From Patescibacteria group bacterium (GTDB taxonomy: Bacteria; Patescibacteriota; Patescibacteriia; Magasanikbacterales; GWA2-37-8), in the NCBI GenBank assembly GCA_041661385.1, contig JBAZUP010000001.1:418560-482559 (forward strand): a stretch of 64,000 nt of DNA, written 5' to 3'. The first letter of the stretch is position 1; each line of letters starts with the position of its first letter. Positions 56,046 through 64,000 of the stretch are shown piece after piece. The notes under the pieces were generated by a model. The model had not been told where the DNA came from and ran no database searches. It saw nothing but the letters and a program-made list of their open reading frames with translations. The position numbers were made by a program, and so were the translations under genes.

Positions 56046-59000
56046 TTATTTCTTAGTTGCTTTTATAATAGATTTGATTATCGACACGGCATTCTTAATA
56101 TCCGTAACAATATTTCTGTTATAATTTGGGTTATTTAATTGTGCTTGTACCCTCTGCCCATAAGATGTGACGCCTTTGGCTGGGCTATAGTTATATCTAC
56201 TCGCAGTGAGTGCCGTACTATCGGACCGACCTTGCTCTTTTGCAATATTACGAACTCCGGCATCGATGTTTTTTGCTGGATCGCGAGCTAGCTCTGCTTT
56301 GTTATAACCATATTCTTTTCCGATCTTGCCACTTACCTGCATTACCCCAACACCGCCACTACCAACATTTGGAAATAACTGCTCACGACCAAGTACTTCA
56401 TCCGGCTGTAAGTGCGATTGCTCTTCGTACATAATCGCATTAGTAAGATTGGAACTAACTCCATATTTAGTACTTGCATCATTAACAGTTGTTTGATTTT
56501 GCTGAATTGCTTCCAACGCGCGCTCATGACCACCAAAAACTTCTCCAGTTTTCATCATAAACCCACTAACACCAGAATACCCGCTCCAGTCGTAAAATCC
56601 ATACCACCAAAATCTACCATCTGGATCTTTATTTACAACTGGATTATTACCGGCATATGCATACGCATTCATAGCTTGCGGATTTAATAGTGCATCTTTA
56701 CCATCCGAAGTTAGTCCGATTTCCCCAAATACTGGATCTTGTGACACAAACTGCCCGCGTGCTGAATCATAATATCTCGCATTAAGATATGACAAACTAT
56801 TATCATCTGTAAACTGACCGATAAATTTGCGCTTATCGCTAGCAGTACCGGCATTTATTCGCTCGGCACCGTATGGATAATAATCGACCGCCTGAATAAT
56901 ATTTGCACCTGAATCCGTAATAATATTTGTGCTTCCAAGTTGGTCGGAATGAACAAAATGTGTTGAAGATACACTACCGTTTTTCTCAACTGTTGCCAAG
57001 AGATCACTACCAACGAATATATATTTTGTGGATGTGTTTCCTACTATACTGTAGTATCTATTGGAATATGTTGTGGTTGTTCCACCCGTTCCAAGTTTAC
57101 GATACATCACCCTGTTACCGTCTTGGTCATACAGGTAGGTTGAAGTAACCCTGTTTGCAGTGGATGTTGCGAGTTGATTGCGATAGTCCCAAGTATACAG
57201 TATGCTCGCCGAAGACGATGTCATGTTGCCATTCTTGTCATAGCTAAATGTTGTTGTGCCGACAGCTGTTACCGCATCCGGATTGGCATAACTAGAACCC
57301 TGGTAACCCAAATAGCTATAATCCCCAACGTCACTGCGATTAGTGATATTTCCTAGTGCATCATAAGCATAGGTTTGAGTGTAATCACCACTTTTTACAG
57401 CATCGGTGACTTTAGCCGAGAGCAAACGGTTCAAATTATCATAGCTGTAGATATTAAGCTTGCTGGTACTGGTTGAAGAATTATCTAAAATTTGAGTAAT
57501 GTTACCAACCTTGTCGTAAGCGTAACTCAAGTTCTGTATAGCATTGCCTGGTGCATAGAAATAATCACGGCCATTGGTCCAAGCCCCCTCATTACCAAGG
57601 TTATCCCAGAATTTGATACGCCAGAAGTATTTCATGCCATTATTTGGAATTGCTGGGCCAGCATAGGCAATATTTGGTGTTCTTGCACCGACAGCAATGC
57701 TAGGAGAAAGTGTTTGTGAGCCAGAATCCCAGAGTGGCGCGGAGAAATCGGCCCCGCTTTGAGTAACTTGTATTCTATAATTAGTCGCTGAGGTGGAAGT
57801 GTTAGCTGATTCATACAGCGCGCTGAATTGTGGGGTAGAAGTAATCTTGGTCGCCTGCTTTGGCCAGAAATGAACATTATCAAACCAGATTGTATTCGTT
57901 GACGAACCTAAATAGAACATCAAACGAACATTTGAATCACCCTGTGATGGCGTAATTTCAAATTGGTAAGTCTTCCATGCTGGATTTAACAGGAATGTGT
58001 TATACGAAAGATCTGAATATGCATCATGGTTCTGGTTAATTGCGACCGCTTCAGTGGTACTAACGGTTCCTTTGGCATCAAAGGATAAAATATAGGTCGT
58101 TGAAGTCGCGACTGCAGTATTTTGCGCAAGTTGCACCTGCCAGGCTTGCCCACCATAATTAACTATTGTTTTATTTGAGCAGCCGCCATCGGTTGTACTG
58201 GTAGTACAATCAACTGAATTTGTTGACTGGCCTGTGCCACCGTTTGACCAAGCATACCAATTGTTCATGCTCGTTTCAAAACTTTGGTTCTTGATCATAT
58301 TCAAGCCGTCTGGAATAACTTCCACGTCATCAAACCAAATGGTACTGGTGCTAGCACCTAGATAATAGAATACCCGTGCCAGTTCATCTGTACCATTACT
58401 GGTGAATGAATATGTATATTGCTTCCAATTTGGTGTAATACTGACACCAGTTGCAAGGCCATAATCCGACCAGGGGCTATGGTCTTGATTAATACCAAAG
58501 GTAATCGTTGTAGTAGCGTTGGCTTTGGCCCTAAACTTCACAGTGTAATTCATTCCATTATCTACGCGTAAATCTTGCCAGAGCTGTGAATCCCAAACAT
58601 TGCCGCCAGTCGGTACAGTGACCTGTTGTGAACAATTACCAGTATATGAAGCAGTGCAATCAAGTGTGGCAGTGCCTGTTGCAGACCAATACTTCCAAAC
58701 GCTAAGCAATGCTCCCTCAAAACTATCATCATAAATTATGCTTTGAGTAATAGCCAGACCGTTTACAGTCATATTCCGTGGAGCAGTCGGACCACCAGCT
58801 ACACCCGAAGAAGAAGTATTGATTAGATAATATGCACCCGGCATTAGTCCCTCACCATAGTAACCAACGCTGCTGGTTGGCAACGACGTATTTTTGTTAA
58901 TGAGACGATAGAGCCGATTCGCATCATATGTAAATGTAGTTGTGACTCCAGATGGATATGTGATTTGTGCAGTCTGACCGAGGGGTGAATAAATAATATT

Positions 59001-62000
59001 GCTTACCAGTGTCTTGAAACTACCGTCACTGTTTTCCTTGTAATTCACTGCCTGCGGTCGGTTCGCTGAATTATACACATACTGCACTTGTGAGTTATCC
59101 GGGTAGGTGATGTTGGTGTTATTTCCTAGTCGATCATAACTGTATTGAGTTACATAATTAACATTATTTATCTTCTTCGTTTCTTGCTTCAAATGTCCAT
59201 TACCGTCATAAACATTATTAACAATCGCGCCAGTTGAAGTGACCGAACAGAATTTACCAACACCATAAGTGCACCTATCATAACCATAAGTAACTTCAGT
59301 ACCGCTCTTGCCGGTATAATCTTCTGTTAATACTCGATTTAACTTGTCGTAAGTATAATTAACGGTTTGCTTATTTGGATCAACTTTTTGAGTTAGGTTG
59401 CCATTATTATCATAAACAAAAGTTGAGGTACCAAAAGTAGTATCACCTGAAGAGTGTAGATCTTCCACACCAACACGTCTACCAAGACCATCATAAGCAA
59501 AACTACGGACATTACTCAATGAATCTGTGACGCTGATCAAATTTCCAAGTCCGTTGTATGTGTAATTTGTGGTATAGGTGCTACCGTTATTTATTTCCTC
59601 AACTTTAACTAAATTGTCGTAGGCATCTTTATATAGATTCTTACTATTTCCATTAGCATCAGTTGCGGTCAGTTTCCAACGGTCATAAGAGTTGGTGGAA
59701 GTTCCAACCGAATCAATTGTTACAACAAGACGTAGCAGAGGATCATATAAATATGTTTTATATAATGACTGAGTGGTTGTCGCAGTTGTTGAAGCTGAAC
59801 CAGATGAGAAATACGGTAGAGATTCTTTTTCAATCGGACCACGCGATCCATATACGAAATCGGTGACTGAGTAATTACCCGAATCATCAACTCTTTGTCG
59901 TTTCTGAATTGTTCGGTCTAATCCATCGGTATACGCATAACTATCGGTAGTGGTTGCGTTATTTAAATAATCAGTTTGCTTAATTTGCCAACCAATTGAT
60001 TGTGGCGTGTACAAATATTCTGTTGATGTAACCAAGGTTGATGTGGTAGTGAGATCTGGTTTTAAAATCGCAACTACCCTATCTAAACCGTCAAATACTG
60101 TCTGATACTTAAGGTTATTTTGGTCGATTACCTGTTTAGGTTTACCATTTGAATAGTCATAAGACTTTATAACCTTGTAAGACAACGCATCGGTTGTGGT
60201 TGTTGGGTAAAGGTTATAGCTGTCATAGTTGTAGGTCGTTGTATTGCCCAAAGCATCGATATCACTGGTTACAAGGCCATAAGAATTGTATATTTTTTGA
60301 TTATTTATATAAGTCGTGCTGGTTTGCCATGATTCCTGCTTGGTCATATTTCCTTTTAAAACTACGCCGATGGTCGAGGTGTCATAATAATATCTGTCCT
60401 GTTTTACTTTAAGAGTGTTATAGTCGGAAACTAAAACTGATGACGGTAAACCAAGAATGTATGAGCTGGTATTAATTGCAAAGGTGTAATCAGTCGTGTA
60501 CGAATCTGTTCCCGTATCACTAAATGTGCCATCGTCATTCCCACTTACCTCGCCCCAATCTATTTGTTGCAACAAATTTCCGGTGCTGGTCGTGTTATAT
60601 GTGAAACTTTGAGCTTTATCTTTATGGGAAGCATTACCATCATATGTATAATCGACACTTTGCGTTTCAAAAACAAATCGCGAACTAGTACTTAAAACAG
60701 CTTCATCCCATTTATTAATATTTTTTGTAAAAAGACTTCCGTTTATATCGTATGTTTCGACACGATATGGCTTGTTGATTTTATAATAGCTATCATTATA
60801 TTCCCCATGCGATGAGTCGCTTGTATCACCCTGGTGATAATAGGTGCTTACATAATTCCCAAAACTGTCCGTCTTGGTAACTTTGTTAAATCCAGCAAAT
60901 TTACGATCTAAAGTGTTACCATAATATAATTTTCCACCTTCATATTTGAACGAGGATGAGTTAGTTGTACCCAAACCATCAAGGTTCCGAATTTGTAAAA
61001 CCGTATTTAAAACCATTGGCAAATTTGGGTTAGCTAAGTTTGAGCCAGTTCTATAAAAAGTAGTGGCCTGATAATCGACCAGGGTTATCCCGCCTGAGCT
61101 ATGTTTTACAGAAATCAATAAATCAGATGCTCTTTTGGTATTATTTAAATAAACATAATTTTGAATATAATCCTGTCTATACGCATTCCAACCATTTTTT
61201 AAAATATCTGGCAATCCATCTCCATTAATATCCATTATTCTTACACCTAGATCGTAAGTAGAGTTTGCAAAATTTTGCGGAGAACTCCACGAATTATCTG
61301 ATTGAAAACCAGTTCCAGTGTTTATATAACCACCGTTTTCCGGATTATCACTAGTATTATAATTAATTAATCCCCGGACTATAATGTCGTCAAGTCCATC
61401 ACCATTAATATCAGAAATTCTCGCACCGTAATCGACAGATTGATCCCATGGACCCATTGGATTATATATTTTAACCGGCTGACTAATAGAACTATCGCAC
61501 ACCCAACCGTGGCCATTGTTTAAACAAATACTTTTTTGATAACCTCCAGATGTATTGGTGCCTTGAATAATATCAACCAAACCATCACCATTTACATCGC
61601 CAAAAACGGTACCGTTGTCAATTACTGGAAGTGACCACTGTGGATCTGGAGAAACAAACAAACTACCATTATTTATGGCTACATAAGCAACCCAATGAAT
61701 AGAATCCGAACGGTATATATCAAGCAGACCATCCCCGTTTAAATCTACAAATCTAGTACCCAGGTCCCAACTATTATTTACCATATCGACAACCGGAAAC
61801 GAACCAGGAGGAGAAAAATTACTATCTATTGGTCCAAAATTTGTACCAGTGTTTGAGAAAGCCCATGAAGTTGGGGTTTGCTGAGCAATCCAAGACCCTA
61901 TGATATCGCTTAGTCCGTCACCATTATAATCAGCCACTCTTGATCCCATGTCGAAATTTGAAACACCAGAAGCATCATAAAATGCTCTAAACGAACCAAA

Positions 62001-63398
62001 AGTAGTGCTAGTAGTCCAAGTCCCATCACCATTATTAAAATAGACTAAACTTGTTGATGCTGCACCACCTGAAGATTGCCAAGAAGAAAGCACATCCTGA
62101 AGACCATCTCCGTTCGCATCTCCGAATTGATTACATACATTAATTCCTGCCTTAGTTAACCAGTTTCCATCTTGCGTCCAACCTGGAGTCGAAGTTGAAT
62201 AACTAAAAGTGGTAGTAGGTATCCTGGTTACAACCCCTAGATCATCCTGACCCTGCTCAGAAATCGTTGATAATAATGACCTATAGCCATTAGCCCCCGT
62301 TATATATTGCAAAAAATATTTTCTCAACCAACTCCCACTAATATTTACATCAATTTCATAAATTCTATAATTTGAAACTACCTTAAACCCCGTTTTATAT
62401 TGTTGCAGAGCATCACTGCGACTTTCTCTTAAGAAATTGACGGTGAATATCCCCTGCGTTGTGCTATTGACGGTATAGGTAATAGCCGAGGGATAAATTT
62501 GACCGCCATCTTTAAAATATTCGTATTTAATAAAATTATCATTCGTATCTCGTACTTCCTGTAGCATCCATTTATAAATATGACTTGTACTACTGGCGTC
62601 AAACTGCTGTGTTGACGTGTCCACTCCAAACTTATATATTGTTCCTTTTTTATCAGTTACAACCCAAGTACTTGAAGAATATGTGTATTTTAGAAAATCG
62701 CCATTTTCAACTTTTGCTTGATAAGTGGTGGTATTTATCTGAACTAGTTCATCACTTAAACTTGAAAAAAATGTCGAGGTTGCCGAATATAACCGGTCTA
62801 CCCCATATCGATTAATTAATTGAATATACGGAATATTTACACTCCAACCATAGCCAAAAACACTGGAATTGTCCGTGTCTTGACTGTTATAACGAAGTTT
62901 TATATCCGGTTGGAAACCGTTTCTTCCTGGCGGTATAATTATTGGATATTCATTAATAAAGGCACCCGAGCTTAAATCTACCCCTGGTAAATGAAATGTA
63001 TTTACCGGCTCAAGAAAACTCGCTGACACTGCCGAACCAGAAGTAAGCGTATTTTGTGTTATTGATTTTTTACTTACAGTGTTATCCTTAGCCGGCAAAC
63101 TATCTAAAGTTGATGGTTCGGTCGCCACATTATCAGGCACAATTGTCGTGGAATCAACGGGAGCTGTTGGTGTAATTTCCACAACTGGATCAGGATTAAT
63201 AATAGTAGTTTCAATTGGCTGGGGAGTTAGATCAGGCAAAGACACCAACGTATCTACACTTACTGTGAGTGAATCAGGTGTCGTTATTACAGGCTCATCA
63301 ACAGCCAAGACATTGGGTGCTGATAAAATAAAAAACGAAGTTAGCGCAACTGCGAATAACTTCGTCGTAATAAAACGATATCGTTTGTTTCCCTCCAT
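56046..63398 (-). CDS. Giant secreted RHS/YD-repeat polymorphic toxin, Tc-toxin (TcB-TcC)/teneurin-like: signal peptide, SpvB domain, FG-GAP-type propeller repeats, tandem CBM-like modules, YD repeats, RHS core, C-terminal lytic-transglycosylase-like toxin domain
   Basis: The track ORF is 56046..63506 with a TTG start inside a terminator hairpin, so the in-frame ATG near 63398 (MEGNKRYRF... signal peptide ...SAPNVLA) is the more likely start. SpvB motif IIIPPGRNGFQPDIKLRYNSQDTDNSSVFGYGWSVNIPYI. Six or more D-x-N-G-D-G-L-x-D repeats. YD repeats (YTYNGLGN, YAYDGLGR, YDNNGN, YSYDRLGN, YAYDKVGN, YLYDQDGN and others). RHS core ...VHSDQLGSTNIITD...YYPYGAE...ARYYDSARGQFVSQDP...AYAGNNPVVNKDPDGRF. C-terminal ~190 aa carry EEQS ... 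GVMQV ... RYNYSP, resembling SLT motifs I-III. Confidence 0.85.
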   Translation of the reverse strand: MEGNKRYRFITTKLFAVALTSFFILSAPNVLAVDEPVITTPDSLTVSVDTLVSLPDLTPQPIETTIINPDPVVEITPTAPVDSTTIVPDNVATEPSTLDSLPAKDNTVSKKSITQNTLTSGSAVSASFLEPVNTFHLPGVDLSSGAFINEYPIIIPPGRNGFQPDIKLRYNSQDTDNSSVFGYGWSVNIPYIQLINRYGVDRLYSATSTFFSSLSDELVQINTTTYQAKVENGDFLKYTYSSSTWVVTDKKGTIYKFGVDTSTQQFDASSTSHIYKWMLQEVRDTNDNFIKYEYFKDGGQIYPSAITYTVNSTTQGIFTVNFLRESRSDALQQYKTGFKVVSNYRIYEIDVNISGSWLRKYFLQYITGANGYRSLLSTISEQGQDDLGVVTRIPTTTFSYSTSTPGWTQDGNWLTKAGINVCNQFGDANGDGLQDVLSSWQSSGGAASTSLVYFNNGDGTWTTSTTFGSFRAFYDASGVSNFDMGSRVADYNGDGLSDIIGSWIAQQTPTSWAFSNTGTNFGPIDSNFSPPGSFPVVDMVNNSWDLGTRFVDLNGDGLLDIYRSDSIHWVAYVAINNGSLFVSPDPQWSLPVIDNGTVFGDVNGDGLVDIIQGTNTSGGYQKSICLNNGHGWVCDSSISQPVKIYNPMGPWDQSVDYGARISDINGDGLDDIIVRGLINYNTSDNPENGGYINTGTGFQSDNSWSSPQNFANSTYDLGVRIMDINGDGLPDILKNGWNAYRQDYIQNYVYLNNTKRASDLLISVKHSSGGITLVDYQATTFYRTGSNLANPNLPMVLNTVLQIRNLDGLGTTNSSSFKYEGGKLYYGNTLDRKFAGFNKVTKTDSFGNYVSTYYHQGDTSDSSHGEYNDSYYKINKPYRVETYDINGSLFTKNINKWDEAVLSTSSRFVFETQSVDYTYDGNASHKDKAQSFTYNTTSTGNLLQQIDWGEVSGNDDGTFSDTGTDSYTTDYTFAINTSSYILGLPSSVLVSDYNTLKVKQDRYYYDTSTIGVVLKGNMTKQESWQTSTTYINNQKIYNSYGLVTSDIDALGNTTTYNYDSYNLYPTTTTDALSYKVIKSYDYSNGKPKQVIDQNNLKYQTVFDGLDRVVAILKPDLTTTSTLVTSTEYLYTPQSIGWQIKQTDYLNNATTTDSYAYTDGLDRTIQKRQRVDDSGNYSVTDFVYGSRGPIEKESLPYFSSGSASTTATTTQSLYKTYLYDPLLRLVVTIDSVGTSTNSYDRWKLTATDANGNSKNLYKDAYDNLVKVEEINNGSTYTTNYTYNGLGNLISVTDSLSNVRSFAYDGLGRRVGVEDLHSSGDTTFGTSTFVYDNNGNLTQKVDPNKQTVNYTYDKLNRVLTEDYTGKSGTEVTYGYDRCTYGVGKFCSVTSTGAIVNNVYDGNGHLKQETKKINNVNYVTQYSYDRLGNNTNITYPDNSQVQYVYNSANRPQAVNYKENSDGSFKTLVSNIIYSPLGQTAQITYPSGVTTTFTYDANRLYRLINKNTSLPTSSVGYYGEGLMPGAYYLINTSSSGVAGGPTAPRNMTVNGLAITQSIIYDDSFEGALLSVWKYWSATGTATLDCTASYTGNCSQQVTVPTGGNVWDSQLWQDLRVDNGMNYTVKFRAKANATTTITFGINQDHSPWSDYGLATGVSITPNWKQYTYSFTSNGTDELARVFYYLGASTSTIWFDDVEVIPDGLNMIKNQSFETSMNNWYAWSNGGTGQSTNSVDCTTSTTDGGCSNKTIVNYGGQAWQVQLAQNTAVATSTTYILSFDAKGTVSTTEAVAINQNHDAYSDLSYNTFLLNPAWKTYQFEITPSQGDSNVRLMFYLGSSTNTIWFDNVHFWPKQATKITSTPQFSALYESANTSTSATNYRIQVTQSGADFSAPLWDSGSQTLSPSIAVGARTPNIAYAGPAIPNNGMKYFWRIKFWDNLGNEGAWTNGRDYFYAPGNAIQNLSYAYDKVGNITQILDNSSTSTSKLNIYSYDNLNRLLSAKVTDAVKSGDYTQTYAYDALGNITNRSDVGDYSYLGYQGSSYANPDAVTAVGTTTFSYDKNGNMTSSSASILYTWDYRNQLATSTANRVTSTYLYDQDGNRVMYRKLGTGGTTTTYSNRYYSIVGNTSTKYIFVGSDLLATVEKNGSVSSTHFVHSDQLGSTNIITDSGANIIQAVDYYPYGAERINAGTASDKRKFIGQFTDDNSLSYLNARYYDSARGQFVSQDPVFGEIGLTSDGKDALLNPQAMNAYAYAGNNPVVNKDPDGRFWWYGFYDWSGYSGVSGFMMKTGEVFGGHERALEAIQQNQTTVNDASTKYGVSSNLTNAIMYEEQSHLQPDEVLGREQLFPNVGSGGVGVMQVSGKIGKEYGYNKAELARDPAKNIDAGVRNIAKEQGRSDSTALTASRYNYSPAKGVTSYGQRVQAQLNNPNYNRNIVTDIKNAVSIIKSIIKATKK

Positions 63399-63492
63399 AT
63401 ATTTAATAAATTTTCTTGTTCTAGATGAACAAATAACTGACCATAATATATACCCTTTTAAAACAACCTTGCAACTTAGGCTGTGGATAACA

Positions 63493-63517
63493 AAAAACCG
63501 CCCCAAAAGGCGGTTTT
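63493..63517 (-). terminator. Terminator of the upstream 145-aa gene
   Basis: Minus-strand hairpin aaccgcc-tttt-ggggcggtt followed by a U-run. Confidence 0.55.
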
Positions 63518-63527
63518 AGGCTTAATT

Positions 63528-63965
63528 TTATTTCATGAGTTTAGTAGTCGCCACAATCTGGAAAAGCGCATCCGCCCTAACGACAGTTTTCATATCGTCT
63601 ATCTTTTGCCTTTTTGCCAAATTTAGACCGGTTTTTTCAATCAGTTCACGATTTTTTGCATTCATTTGGAAAGGTATTCCATATTCAAGTCCGCCCGTCG
63701 CCGGATCAACAAACATAATGCGCGTATTATTTATGAAAGCGATATATTTTGTTTGGTACTGCTGACGTTCGAGATTATAATCCACCACCACCACATAGGT
63801 GATACCGTTTAAAGTCATTCGATTTCCGCCAAACGCATAATAACCGTCAAAATTATTTTGCGACATGGCGCGATTGTATAAAATTAAATCTTCTTCCCAT
63901 TTATCACAGCCGGGTTTAGTATAATTATCACAAACTAAATCTTTGGGAGCATTCTTTTTTTCCAA
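63528..63965 (-). CDS. Hypothetical protein (145 aa; annotated start is TTG)
   Basis: ORF with no recognised motifs. Located upstream of the RHS toxin gene and separated from it by a terminator. Confidence 0.35.
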   Translation of the reverse strand: MEKKNAPKDLVCDNYTKPGCDKWEEDLILYNRAMSQNNFDGYYAFGGNRMTLNGITYVVVVDYNLERQQYQTKYIAFINNTRIMFVDPATGGLEYGIPFQMNAKNRELIEKTGLNLAKRQKIDDMKTVVRADALFQIVATTKLMK

Positions 63966-64000
63966 TAAATATGCATCCTTTGTTTTTGCTGAAAAATACA

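Noticed and set aside
56046-63506. Numerous 60-150-aa ORFs on the plus strand inside the RHS gene, and small same-strand ORFs in other frames
   Set aside because: They are antisense or out-of-frame to a continuous 2400+ codon reading frame with consistent domain content, which is the expected noise in a long ORF.
1-64000. CRISPR arrays, integrase/transposase genes and rRNA genes
   Set aside because: I scanned for regularly spaced direct repeats, tyrosine/serine recombinase or DDE motifs, and rRNA-like conserved strings. None was found. The only repeat structures are the IR-flanked element near 1.6-2.1 kb and the RHS YD repeats.

Overview
This is a dense, AT-rich chromosomal segment in which almost every gene lies on the minus strand. 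The gene content suggests a small-genome, likely uncultivated bacterium. A short non-GAD AspRS, a 128-aa TsaB-like fragment, Ndk with a C-terminal extension, weak Shine-Dalgarno sites and two iPGM copies are reminiscent of Patescibacteria/CPR, but that placement is inference only. The housekeeping backbone comprises frr, holB, mreB, rplJ-rplL, rpmB (missed by the ORF track), ndk, yraN, argS, tyrS, a frameshifted sigma-70 gene, valS, an NrnA-like DHH phosphoesterase, two gpmI paralogs, eno, pgk, a D,D-carboxypeptidase, scpAB and aspS. It also holds an envelope-polysaccharide block (GT4, DUF4012, processive GT2), bactofilin, tRNA-Ser(GCU) and tRNA-Leu(GAG). Three accessory regions stand out. (1) At 53.3-63.5 kb there is an RHS/YD-repeat polymorphic-toxin locus. 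Its centre is a ~2450-aa Tc-toxin/teneurin-like secreted protein with an SpvB N-domain, FG-GAP-type repeats, two CBM-like modules, YD repeats and an RHS core. Its C-terminal toxin domain carries lytic-transglycosylase-like motifs. Downstream lie a membrane immunity candidate, an orphan RHS-core plus alternative toxin cassette, and further small membrane proteins. (2) At 49.4-52.9 kb there is an AT-rich two-gene module (187 aa and 977 aa) with no recognisable motifs, between aspS and the RHS locus. (3) At 24.5-30.2 kb there is a tightly packed minus-strand operon downstream of argS. It encodes a Glu/Leu/Phe/Val-type amino-acid dehydrogenase, a SAM methyltransferase, a PaaK/F390-synthetase-like adenylating enzyme, a ThiF/E1-like enzyme and a two-lobed nitroreductase-superfamily (SagB-like) protein, followed by a 7TM sensor histidine kinase. 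That arrangement resembles a small-molecule or peptide tailoring cassette without a YcaO partner. Several promoter-plus-terminator-delimited structured intergenic regions are candidate sRNAs or leaders, and there is an inverted-repeat-flanked GC-rich element near tRNA-Ser.
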